This document shows, in pieces, positions 26,830-40,370 of a stretch of DNA of 64,000 nt (position 1 is the first letter of the stretch; every line of letters starts with the position of its first letter). The notes below the pieces were generated by a model. It was not told the origin of the DNA and did no database searches. It worked only from the letters and a program-made list of their open reading frames with translations. The position numbers and the translations under genes are program-made. The stretch spans positions 115,444,001 through 115,508,000 of the forward strand of contig JBITNC010000001.1 in the NCBI GenBank assembly GCA_050084985.1, written 5' to 3'. Source of the stretch: Nageia nagi. Taxonomy: Eukaryota > Plantae > Pinophyta.

Positions 26830-29800
26830 CCACCATGAAGAAATACTTCTCAAAGGAACACTAACCAACCACAATCCTAAGAATATATTTCTCAAGGAAA
26901 TGTAGAAGGGGAAACTTCAAGAAATCAAACTAATAATGTTACCATTTTAATATTGTAGGAAAAATTGACAAAATAATAGGCAATGATTAAAATTTTGATG
27001 ATTAGAGTACAAATCCCTACTAGTATTGAACAAAGAGTTGGTAATAATAGTGTTGCTCATGTTAGATATAGGGTATATCAAGAATTACCTAAATACTTGA
27101 AAAAGCTTTTGATTCCAAGATTTAATCAAAAGAAATGAGGTGAAGTTGTTGAGGTTTGGTTGGAAGAGATGAAAACCTACTTTTTTTTGAAAATTATCCC
27201 TTCTTAAGCTCAAACTACTTGGGCTATAGTAAAATTTGTTGGACATGCATTATAGTGGTGGAAATCCTACAAATACCAACAAAAGATTCAAGGAGTGAAT
27301 ATTAAGTGGGAGGATTTCATAGATGCTTTTAAGAAGCAATATATATAAAAAATATTATTCACAAAAATATGATGAATTCTACACTCTTTAGCAAGGAAAC
27401 TTATCAGTAGAATAATATCATTAGAAATTTGTTAAGTTGTTGAAATATGTACCTAGGAATATAAATTAATTTTAGGTTCATAGATTCATTTTGGGGTTAT
27501 ATGCTAGAATAAAAAATAGCAATAAATATGCATAAGCCTCAAAATTTTAAAAAATGTTTATGATATTACTTTTCAAGTAGAAAGGAACTTAGGAGCCAAA
27601 AGATCATTCATGAATTATAGCATCTTAAATGAATATGAGAAATAGGGAATGAGAAACATGAACAATAAAGGGTTCCTAAAGTGGGAAAAAGATTATCAAC
27701 AATAAAATAATAAAAGGTTCAAGGGAAATAATTATCACAAAAATTAGAATCAACCTTAAAAAAAGAACAATAATAATAATAGTGGTGCAAGAGAAAGGTT
27801 TATATCTTCTTCACTTATTAGAGATATACAAAGGCAACAAAATTTTTAATAAAAGGTTGGTTAGTTGAGTATGGCTCTAAGAAAACTAGGTTTGTAAACC
27901 AATATCTTAGGAGAGCCAAAATCAAGCTTCCTAAAGGGGTTATAGAATAGGATCTCTATGTAGCATCCTTACATTCCTATGATATAATCCTTGGAATGGA
28001 TTGGCTTCAACCTCATAAATCCTCAATTAAGTATCATGAAATATGGATTGAGTTTTCTAACATCAATATATAAATGTAAATGATTTATTGTGATTGAAGT
28101 AATGTTAAACCCTATCTTTTTTTTTCTATGCAGTTAAAGTGAAGAGTGCGAAGAGGTGAGATGATCTACACAATGAAAGTAAAAGAGGTAGAAAAAGATA
28201 AATCAAAAGAGGAAATATTTTACTAATATCCCATTTTATATGGATTTATGATTGTATTTCCTAATGATTTGTTAGGATTACTATAAAATTGAGAATTTGA
28301 TTTCTCAATTGATTTGATTCCTAGTGTTGAACCTATCTTAAAGACTCCGTAAAGGGTGACTACAATCGAGATACAAGAGTTAAAGGTACAATTGTAGTAT
28401 ATATTAGAAAAATATTTAATTAAGCCAAGTGTTTCACCTTAGGGATTTACTATTATTTTTTTTAAGAAGAAATATGGTTCTATGAGGTTATGCATAGACT
28501 ATCAAATGTTGAACAAACTCATGTTAAAAAATAGGTATCATTTACCTTGAATTGATGATTTGTTAGACCAACTTAAGGATGTCTCCATATTTTCAAAAAT
28601 TGATTTAATATCTTGTTATCACCAACCAAGAATCAAAATTTTAGACACACATAGAAGAAAATTTAAGACCAGATATGGACTCTATGAGTTTCTAGTGCTT
28701 CCTTTTGAATTGACCAATGCACCTGCTACATTTATGAATCTCATAAATAATATTTTTTCATTACTAAATAGAAAAATTTATTTGGTATTTTTAAATGATA
28801 TCTTGATATATTTATGAAATAAGGAAGAACATGACTATAATCTTAAAAAAGTATTGTAAGTACGAAGAAAATACCAACTTTTTGGGAACCTTTATAAGTG
28901 TGAATTTTATGTAACTCAAGTACAATATCTCGAACATATAATATTAGTAGAAGGTGTGTCTATAGATACCCGAAAGATCAAAATAGTTATGACTTGGCCT
29001 TCTCCAACTAGTTTAACAAAGGTAAGAAGTTTTATGGGTCTTGTTGGTTACTATCATTAATTTGTTAAGAATTTTTCTAGAATAACAAATTCTAATACAA
29101 GTCTCCAAAAAAAGAATCAAACTTTTAAGTGGATTGAAAAATGCAATAAAGCCTTCAAAATTCTTAAAGAGAATATTACAACTGCACCAATACTTGCTAT
29201 ACCAAATCCTTTCAGAGATTTCGTAGTTTGTACTAATGCTTTTTTGCTTACTTTGGGAGGCTTCATATCTTTGGATGATAGGCATTTAGCATGTGAGTAT
29301 CAAAAGTTAAATGTTCATGAAATGAATTATGCCACACATGATGTGGAGTTGGCTTTCATTGTTCATGCTCTTACAATTTGGAGACATTATTTTTTATGAA
29401 GACCTTTTGAACTTAAGTCAAATCATTAGAGTTTGAAGTATATTTTCACTCAAAATGATCTTAATGCTCATAAAAGAACATGGATGGAGTTCTTGGTTAA
29501 AAATGACTTTCAAATAAAGTATATTAAGTGTCATAAAAATAAGGTTATATATACATTAAGTAGATGCATACATCTTATGACTATGAGTGAAAGTCACTTT
29601 GAATTGTTAGATCGGGTGAAAGAATCTCAAAATAATAATCCATATTGTATTAAAATCATTGAAAAGATGGAGAATTTGACTCTTCAATGAAATATTTTGA
29701 GTACAAAGATGGGTTCTTATATTTTAAGGGCAAAATTATTATTTTAGATACTGTGGTCTTCAAAAAATAATCTTGCAGGAAGCACATCAATTGCCTTTCT

Positions 29801-30947
29801 CTGATTATTCAAGGATGTGAAAATGGGAGAGTCTCAAAAAGACTTTTTATTGATGTGGAATGAAGAAAGATGTAAACAAGTTTGTAACTAGATGCTTGGA
29901 ATTTCAAAAGGTGAATGTAGAACACCAATATCTAGGTGGAATATATCTTATCCACATGATATTCCTATGCAAAAATTTCAAAAGATATCAATGGATTTTA
30001 TTGTAGGTTTCCCTAAAAGGAGATTTCAAGATAATGTCATCTTTGTTTTTGTTTTTGCATATAAGTTCATCAACAAAATTATTTGGTTACATGGGTTTTC
30101 TAAAATCATAGTCTCTAATAGAGATTCTAAGTTCTGTTATCAATTTTGGAGAACACTACACTAATCAGTGGGAAATAAATTTAATATTATTGACACTTAT
30201 CATACTCAAATGGATGCTCCAATTGAATGATTCAATAGGATCCTTGAGGACATGTTGTGGATGTATTGTATGGACCAACAAACTAAATGAATTTGGTTGA
30301 GTTTGCTTATAATAACTCTTGTCACTCTTTCTTGGAGATGGCACCTTTCCAGGTACTACATGGAAGGAGGTGTAGAACTCCATTATTATGGGATAATCTA
30401 TAGGATCAAATAGTGATCATGTTAGATCATTTAAGGGAAATGAAGAAACAACTTAAAACAATTAAAAAAAGTCTTAAGGAAGCATATGATCGTTAAAAGA
30501 GTTATGTAAATTTTAAAAGAACTCCTTGATAATTCTTTATGGTAGATAAAGTATTCTTATGAGTTTGACCTATGAAAAGTGCCACAAGATCTACTAAACT
30601 AAATCTATAATTTGTAGGGCCTTTTCAAGTTATAGGAAAAATAAGCATAGTTTCTTATAATCTTTCCAAATGACCTACACTATCAAAGATTCATGACATC
30701 TTTCATATATCTTTTCTTAGGAAATATATTTCTTATCCTTCACATGTTTTTGAATTTTCTCAATTGGATATGGTAGATGTGGCAGCCATTGAGGTGCTTG
30801 TTATGAGAGTTCTTAGTTTTAGAATTAGGAAGCTAAGAAACAGGGAAATAAAGGAGTGTTAATTTCTATGGGATCAATACTCTAAATCTTCTACAACATG
30901 GGAAGATGTTGATCTTATGAAAGAATAATTTTCTTATTTATTTTGAT
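26830..30947 (+). pseudogene. gag-pol of chromovirus copy 1 (Gag, protease remnant, RT, RNase H, integrase, chromodomain), decayed
   Basis: FSKIDL...FKTRYGLYEFLVLPFELTNAPATFM...LVFLNDILIY (28560-28817); ISMDFIVGFPK; terminal TTWEDVDLMKE*FSYLF. Confidence 0.92.
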
Positions 30948-32984
30948 GTTTTATACACTTATTTTTGATTGAATAATAAGAACACAAAGGATTATTTTAT
31001 TATTAAGAGGGTAAGCATGTCATGACCCTATGTTTTTACATTTCTACATGATTTAATTAATATGTTTGAAGTTGGTGTTATTGCATACTTGCATTTAGAA
31101 TAGTTGATATCATATATTATTTATATATTTTTGATCTTGATATCATGTAAAGGAAGTTTGATACTATTTTGGTTTCATATGATACAATAAAATGTAGTCC
31201 TACAAGTGAACCACTTTGCTATTTGTATGGAGATGATTGGTAACTTGTATCCCTGAAGGGAAGCTATTTCATTTAGGTTGCATGAGCTCCTTGTGTTCTT
31301 ATTCCCTTGTGCTACATGTTTGTTTATTATTTAGTATTGAAGTTATTATTGGACTATATTTTGGCTTTAGGAACCATTATTTTAGTGAGAACGATGATGG
31401 ATTAGCCTAGTTCTCAGCTTCATATCTACAAATTTAAAATAGAAAATTAAATAGGTGCATATATAAATGAAGGTATTTTATTTATTTAGAATATTTAGAT
31501 TGCAAGAAGGAAAGGAAAGTGTTAAATTAGTTTACATTTGATTAGAAGGAATTGTAAATAAATAAACATTTGCATTGAAGGTAACTTGTTAATGGCTTCA
31601 TTTTTATTCATTTAATTAAATAATCTATTTTTAAAATAATGTGCAAAAGGGGAAAAAGAATAAGAAAATAAATAGGTTTTTATATTTCTTCATTTTATGC
31701 ATTTTGGAGTTTTATTCTTAGAGAAAAACTTTTCAAAAGTTTTGGGAGAAAACTACCTCAAGGGGGTTAAGAAATCATTCATGGCCATTTCTGCTACCAT
31801 TTATCATGCTTCTTGTCATTTGCTTGGTTACTTGATCTTTGGAAAGGAAAGAGAAAAGGTGGACCAAGGATTCAAAATGCATTTTTGGATTTTTTGTGCA
31901 AATTTGAATTAGGTTCTCTTGATTTTAATTTTATATGCATGAGTTGGGTTTGTTGATTTTCATTCATGTATATGCTTTTGAAATTTGGAAATGGATTGGT
32001 AAATTGATTTTATGCTTTCTTCAATTCTATGTAATTGAAATTAGGAGAAAAATAAATGATTTTTAGTTTAGTTTTTGGAGAATAATGCTTAAAAATCATA
32101 TTTTAAATGTAAGTAATTCATCTCTATGTTCAATTCAAAACTATAGTTGAAATAAACAAAATTTTGGGTTTTATAATTTAGGAAAAAAGTGAATAAATAG
32201 AGTTTTTAGGCAAAGTTTAAAATTGGTAAGCTTAGTACAAATTATATTTTCTTGTACTCTTTAGATAGAGCTTGGTAGTGAGAACAAAATCGATGTCTCA
32301 ATTTTTAGAATGGATTCCTAGAAGTTGAGATTTTAGTCTCTAAAATATAGGTTTGAGAAAAAATGCACATCTTGAAAATATCATTTCTAGGTTTATAAAA
32401 GCTTAAGAAAAATAGAGGTTTACTTTAAGTGTTCTAAATTCAAAGTAAATATTTTTTTTATTCTCCATTTACTTTAATCAAATTTATTTAATTTAACATA
32501 ATTTTACTTTTAAAACTAAATTATTTACATAAAAAATATAATATTAAAAAAATGTTGGATGGTGCCATAGGGCTTGGGCAGCCACCCTAGAGAGGCATGA
32601 CATGCCATACGGAAATGCAACCCAATCCACTTAGAGGCTAGAGGCATCTTCACCCCTTACCCCTTTGGTGCATGGGGAGGATGATATGAGGTGACACCTC
32701 CAAGCCATGTAGTAGATGGGACTCATGCTAAGCACCTCCCCCTCACTATATTGAGCAAGATGGGGTTTGGGCCATAGGCCACCCCCCCAACAACAATTTG
32801 ATATTTTTAAAATTTAAATTAATTTATTTGATTTTTAATTTTAATTTTAAATTATAAGTTTTTAAAATGTTAATGTATATTAATATTTTGAATTTAATAT
32901 TTTAATTATCTATTTCAATATTTTAATATTTAATTATAAGAGTTTCTAACAATTAAATATTGGGAATTAAAATTTAATGAAATA

Positions 32985-35900
32985 CGTTTTATGAAAGAAC
33001 CTTTTTGTTAAAAATAAAAACACATTACAGCAAAATGTGGGTGGAGTTTAGCATACCTCATATGGAGTTAGACTAACTAGAGTTAAGAAACTAACAAAAT
33101 GGGTCATTACATCCCTTGATATTACAAAAAGCATGGAAAAATGAGCCACCAAAAATAGTCAAGATCACCAATACAACAAAAAACCCAAGGCTAAATAACA
33201 TAAATCACCTTGCATTAAATGAGTGGTGTGGAGTAGAGTGCCTAGCTATCGAGTGGTACTCCACTCTACACTACCTAAATTACCAATTATCCCTATCAAG
33301 AAAACGGATCCAATCACCTCAAGATATATTATCCTAATCTATCATCCATTCAACACCAATGTTTTTGCCTGTATCTCCCAACCATCCATTTTCAAATAAT
33401 ATTCCAATTGATCATCATCCCATCCAACTTGAGGGTGAGAAGAACAATCTCCATTAGACTTAATACATTTATAGGGATGAGAATGCTAAGACTAGTGATG
33501 ATCAGGAGAGCTAGTAGATGCTCACCAAATGTGTGATGGAGGTGACATCAAGAGTGGCAGCAAAAGCACTTAGCACCTCTACACTTCAAAGTAAATTTGA
33601 TAATAGTGTAAGGATCCTATGCCTAATGAGCTATCAAGTCTTGCTGGTGATCTATGTCCATAGCTAATTATTTACTTGATAGATAATCTATAGCCAAACA
33701 TCGCTAAACACTTCTAGTTTGTCATGATGCCCAAAAAAATGGAAGGACATGATCTTTAAACATAATTTTATTTCATATTTTACAAATATGAAATAAAATG
33801 CTAACTCTAAATAACTACCAAAACTCAAATAGGTGAGAAGAAAACATAACAAAATATCCTAGGAGAGCTTGGGGCCATGAAACTCTAGAAATAAAGAGGG
33901 GGGAAAAGAAAGCAAAAACCTAATTCCAAGCTTGTATAGACCAAAGATAATCCCAAAATAGATGACAACATGACTTAGGATCATTGTAAAAAGCACATTT
34001 AGGGTCAAGTACATGCATATACTAAAGCTTATTTCCAATAGGGAAGCCTAGGTGCAATAGACTCTAGGTGAAGATAGCCTATTTGGGTTCAATGTAGGTT
34101 GCCTAGGTATTGCAAAAATGAATTATCTAGTGAGAATTTATGGAAATTAAATACCACCTCTCATTTAACATTGGGACCATAGGTAAAAAAGGGGATAACT
34201 ATTTGTAGCCCATCCTAGCTTTGTAACTAAGAAACAAAGTATCCACATGCCAGTGCCAATGCATCCACCATGGTATCTACAAAAAAACCGTAATTTTATG
34301 AAGCATATCATGAGGGGTAGCATGGATAAGCATATAATATGTATCCTTATTAGTATTAGTGAGCCTAAATTGGTTCTTGAACAATTATGAAGGGATCCAA
34401 TCCTTGGTTTGCCAATTGAAGAAGTTCATTATGGAGCAAATGCCTTTTTTAAAAAATCTCATGGCATGGACCCATTGAACTTGAGCCAAAGGCATATTAT
34501 GATAGCCAAAAAAAAATATCACTAAATGTTCATAGAGTTAAAATATAATCCCTTTTGAAATCTTGCTTCCTTCTAGTGGAGATAGCGGGTAAGTTGTTGC
34601 CAAGTTTTCTAGATGTTGTGTATAATAAAATATTCTTTGGTCTTGATGGCCATCAAAGTTGTAACAAGTGAGGGGAGATCCATTCCTTTCTAGTTGTGAA
34701 GGTTAAGAGGAAGACCTATGGAAATAAAATATCGAATTAAAACTTTGCATGACTCATTACCTTGCATTCCTCAAACTATCCACATGGTACATAGTGAGAT
34801 TTCTTGATGTTTACAGTTAATAATCCCCATTGCTTGACCTCTTTAGGGAGACAAAAATAATCCTAATCCACTCTATGAAACCCTTTTTTATTATAATAAT
34901 TTCACCAAAGAAATTATTGTAAAATGTTTTCTAATTTTTTATAACAAGCATGAGATGGGACCCAATAAGAAGAAGAGTAGACATGGGTAGCTATAGGAAC
35001 TTTAGAACAAATATGGAATTTATTAGCTAGAGAGAGATTTTTAGAGAGCTAATAATCAAGATTATATTCAACCTTTGGGATCACATAGCACCAAAGCTAA
35101 GATAGATGGCCATGAAAAGAAAAAGGGATGCCAAGAAATTTGAAGACCTCAAAAGTGTTGATCCACTTCCATTGAAAGTTTTGTATTCAAGCAGGAAGCT
35201 CATGTATAGATTGTCTATAATAGGAAGTCATTTTCCATTGAATACTTGAAAATAAGGATTTGCAAAAAATATCCAATAAATGGAGACCATTTTAGATAAA
35301 TTTCTCATCATCCCTAAGGGTGAGGAAAAAATCATCCATAAAGTGCCCATTGATCATTTTCCTTTGGTTATGAGGTAGATCAATTCAATGAATGAAGTTC
35401 TGGTATGTTTGAGTTAGAAGAATATAGCCAAAAGTGTCATAGCTAAGATGTAGAGAGAGGGGGGAATAGGACAACCTTGTTTGATTTATCAAAAGAGGCT
35501 ATATTATATGATTTGGAGTTGTTAAGGTTTAGTATAGTTGAAGCATATTTGAAAAGCATGGATATAGAGTTAATTAACATATGCTTAAAGCCAAGCACTT
35601 TGAGCATAGGAAGAATGAATTACCATTGAATATAGTTGTAAGCTTTCACAAAATCAATATTTATGAACAAAATATTCTAACTTGATAGCCAAGCCCATTC
35701 CATTCCTTCCTAGATTATAAGGACATTATCCAAAGTGTAACACCCTCAAATGAAACTAGTTTGCTAAGGTATTACAAATGAAAGTAGAAGATGTTGAATG
35801 TAGAGAGCAAGAGCCTTAGCAATGATTTTGTAGCTAATATTCAACAAAGTGATCGACCTCCAATTTGTGATAACCTTAGGATCAACAAGCTTGGAGATAA

Positions 35901-38900
35901 ACTTGATGTTCCCTGTATTAATGATACCCCAAGGGATCCTGTGAGCATGGCTTGAGGATAAACTTTATGTATATCCTTTCTAACCAAGTCCCAAAGGTCT
36001 TTGTAGAACTCACAGGGGAATCTATCCATTCTAAAGGATTTATCATTAGCCATTTGAGATTAGGCTTATCACATTTAGCTCAATGGTTAGTAGAAAGAAT
36101 GGAGAGGATAATAGAAAGAAAAGCCTCCCAGGCTTGCTCTCTTTCTAGGGTGTAGGATTGAGCAGCAAAAATAGAGGAATTATAGGAATGAAAAGCTATA
36201 GTAATATTAGGAAGAGAAGTAACATGATCTCCATCCACCTCAAGTGATTTGAATTGGGTTTCTTATTGAGGAGAATGAAGCTTCTAAAAGAACTCTTTGG
36301 AAATTCTATCTCCATTTTTAAGCTGATGAAGTTTAGCTTTGAGTTGAGCTCCTTTACCCTCACATAATTTAGCAACCTTGATCTCATAATGAAGATGAGA
36401 AACATGATACTTAAGCTCAAGATTGAGGGGACTAGCCTTGAGTTCAATAGAAGCCCAAACTAGTTCATCATGCAAAGTTGCTTTGGATTGTATAAACTAA
36501 GTAATCTTCTTGCCAAGGATTCTCAACAAAGTAGAGGTCTGATTAATAGCATCATTCCACCATTCAATCCAATTAGAGTCACCCATGGGGCAAGGAACAA
36601 GGTTCCAAACCCTACTAATATGGTATAAAATGGTAGAATGTTGAAGAAAATAAGTTCTTAAGAAAAATTAGGTTTTGTAATGGTAAGGTTGAGGGTTCTT
36701 TTTCTGAATAGAGAACATAATCAAAGCATGGTCAGAGGTGGTGGTGCTAGGAATGGTTGAGATATGCATCTTATGAAAAAATATGAGTATGATTAGATAA
36801 TATAGCTCTATCAAGCTATTTGATAATATGTGCATGGCTAGCTTAAAGGTTAGATCACATATACCAAAGGCTCTCAAGAAAGTATGAATGGAAAAGCAAG
36901 CATCAGGGTTAGAAAAATTAAGCTTGTTGTGCATGAAGTACCAAGATTCCCTTTCTCTAGTAGCCCACCACATGGGATGGTGACCCACCTTGTCAAAACA
37001 CTTCTCAATCATATTAAAGTCCCCACACATGACCCATAGTGTAGGTGGAAGTGAAACAACACACCAATTCCATAGATTGTAGCATTTGTGGGCATTGTTA
37101 GTAGCATACACATTTAAAATTATAAAAGACATTCCATAAACTTCAAGAAACATCTATACTACTTGATTGAGAGGGTCCACTCCCCAAGTAACCAAGTGCT
37201 CTTTCCAATGAGTTACTAAGAGGGTGATAGCCCTCCTACTTCGAGGGGAATGAGTAGTGGCAAACAAAAGACACCTAGGTTGCAAAAAAGAATAAGTACA
37301 TTGAATAATGAAATCAAAAATATTGATTTCTTGTAATCATATGATATTAAGCACTCCATAATACCTGGAACACATACTAATTTCATATTGCACTAGGATT
37401 TGTTAGTCCTCTTACATTCCATGGGAGAAAAATCATGGAAGGAAGTCAAGGTTTATGCCATCATCAATATATTTGGCATCCCTAATGTACGCAAGGGAGG
37501 CATAGGCATTACTAAAGAAATAATCCTAGTTGAAGATGCTAAACTCCATCTTCCTCCTCTTATTAGAATAACCCATAGGTTCACTCAAGGAAGGGATATA
37601 GGATTGCTAACCATTGAGAGGAGGATACTGAGGATCCAAAGAGCTCACTCCCTTCATAATGGGCTATTGAGGACCAGTAGAAAGACTATGGAAACTTTAG
37701 AGTATGAAAACTAACAACCAATGGGAGGAAACTACCAATGATCAATGCAACCACAAGTGCAACCTAGGTAGTGGTAATAGAAATAGCCACTATTGAAGTA
37801 GTGAAAACACCCATCAAGTTCTTTAGTGGACCAAAAGTACCAAGAACATTATAGACCAGGGTATACTTAATAGTTTTTCCTTTCCTTTAGACTACCTACC
37901 ATTTTTCTTATCTGAATTTTGAAGCTGGAATGAAAAGAGGGGGAGCCATAGTTGCCTCTTAAGCTCACTTCTCTACCATTAGAGGGAATTCCTAGATTTT
38001 ATGAGCATTGTACTAGCAATGGTGGTAGATGTTAGGCAAGTTGATGTACACAACTTATTGCTAAAAGTGATGGTCACCAACTTCTAGGTCCACATATTCC
38101 TTAAGTTCTTTTGAAAGATTGACCTTCAAACAAAATCACTTTCATGTGTGGGAACCAAAAAAATGGTCTATTTCATAATAGACAAATTCACTAAGAGGTG
38201 CACATAGTTGCTGGTGGTATGGACATAAAGGTAGGGGAAGACTCAACCCACATAGGAACCCTCAGGGAAACTTGGTTGGTGATGGAAAAACTCTTGGTCC
38301 ATGATTGAAAAACCAAAAGGGAACTACAGATAGACCAAGGACCACAAATCCAAACTACTCTAGCCTAAGTGAGGTCAGGAATGTAGAATAGGAAAAACCC
38401 TTTTCTCAAATTTTGGATACCATCAACCTTAACACCATGCCAAGTTTACTAAATCCAGCTATAGATAATAAAATCCCTAGGGATATGACCCAAAAAATAC
38501 CCAACTAGAGTATGAGACTCCAACCAAGAGCATGTATTATTAAACTTACTCAATGGGATAACAACATCCAAAGGATTAACATTACCTCATGGTACACCTT
38601 GGGGATGAACTTCCTAGCTTACTTATTCACTCTAGGAACCATGATTTCCTTTAGCAGCTTCAACAAAAGTCAAAGATGTAGAGTTGGCATGTGCCATTTA
38701 AAAAAAATAAGGGGAAGCCACTAGGTGGTGGACAAGATAGCTAGCATTGATCAATAAATGCCAACCCTATCCCATATAATCTACAGAGGAGCTATGGTTT
38801 GATGATCGACAAAGAAACCTTAGGACATGCAATATGACTCAAAGCATAGCAACCTCCAGGAAAAAAACTTGACAATCTTGTATATCCAAATGTAAATAAT

Positions 38901-38910
38901 TCTAAAGAAT
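32985..38910 (-). mobile_element. Decayed near full-length L1 LINE nested in the middle chromovirus LTR
   Basis: Endonuclease LNVYATN...WVMCGDFNMIE...SDH (36668-37153); pre-RT DRFPCEFYKDLWDLV (35841-36053); the LTR resumes at 38911; degenerate TSD AATTTAATGAAATA (32971-32984) / AATTATAATGAACTA (38911-38925). Confidence 0.88.
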
Positions 38911-40370
38911 AATTATAATGAACTATTTTTAAAATAAGATTGTTTAAATATTAATGAAATTAATATTTAAGAATAGATTTTAAATGTTTAATTATTTGCA
39001 ATGTATACACTAGTTATTATAAAGAGAAAGATTTGCATAATAAGTGTATAGTGGAATTGACTTTAATGTTAATGTAAATTACTTTTGCATTGGTATTGAG
39101 GCAAGTTTTATCAAGCATTGAATTTATAATGTGGTCCAAAGAAGTGGAAATATTACAAAGTGCATAAATTTATGGAGTATATTTGATAAATGTACCCATG
39201 CTATTCTTTGTAATTATCCCTATTATTATGATCATTTCTTACAAAAGTTATGTTCCTTGAAGCACAAATCATGAGAGAAAGTGATGATTAAATATTTAAA
39301 AAATTAGAATGCATATCTTTACATCTCTCCTTATTATGTTGAGTGTATTCATTATGAAAATAGAATACATGAAATCCAAGATATTGGGTTTATATATTTA
39401 TTGGGTTAGAATGAATAAATGTAAACATATCATGTAAATTCATTGCATGTTGCCTTAGTGAGATACAAAAGAAAGTATTTTCTTTGATCCTAAAAGCATC
39501 TATTAAGTGATTCACTTCGAAGGATGATACTGTGGTGATTCAAGGCTTCGAAGATGGGGAAAAATAGGATATTATGTATTACAAATTGTAAATATGATAT
39601 TATAAACATATATCTCTATGAGATATGAATTGTGTAACCTTTATGGTCATATGATGTATTACTTCATTAATTAAATTGTGAATAGCATGGTTGATTTATG
39701 TAAATGAATTTTATATTTAGCATTTAAATTGTATAGTTTTACTTTCATGAGCATGATGTATGAAAAGGAAGGCTAAATGGTAGTGAACAATCTTATTTGT
39801 TTCTATTATCATAGTTTACATTTCAGCAATATTTAATAAACATATTGAGAGTAGAACTTGAATCTATACTTCTTTTCCATAATGCATTCTTGAAAGTATA
39901 GTCATAAAGTTTACTCATTTAAGTTAAGAAAAGATTTAGATGGAAAGTGAATGGTTTGAAGTTATCCTATAGGTGTTAGGAAATTATCAAAGAAAGTGCA
40001 AGGCTAGTTCTACCTCTAAGATAAACATTTAGTCAAAGATAATGACTAGGTTATCATTTGATGAAAGGTAGTAACTATGAGAGTTATGGGTATGTAGTTA
40101 CTATTGGTTAAAGTGGTGGTCTCTTGCATGTATTAATGGTAGGCAATACTACATTGGTTCAATATTAGGGTAGTAATATTTAATGTTGAGTTCCTTTGTG
40201 GGAGGTGATGAAAATGTGATCCCTTTGGCATATGCTAATAGATCACTATCATGGGGTACTATGAAGTGATGGGAAAAGTGTGCCCCTTCTTAGATGTATG
40301 GACCCTAAGAAGAACCCAAAGATCACAATTTATGTAGGTGAGACAAACATTGGAGATATTTAAATCACAT

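Noticed and set aside
37400-37714. 104-aa plus-strand ORF
   Set aside because: It lies antisense within the nested L1 ORF1/ORF2 junction and has no recognisable motif.
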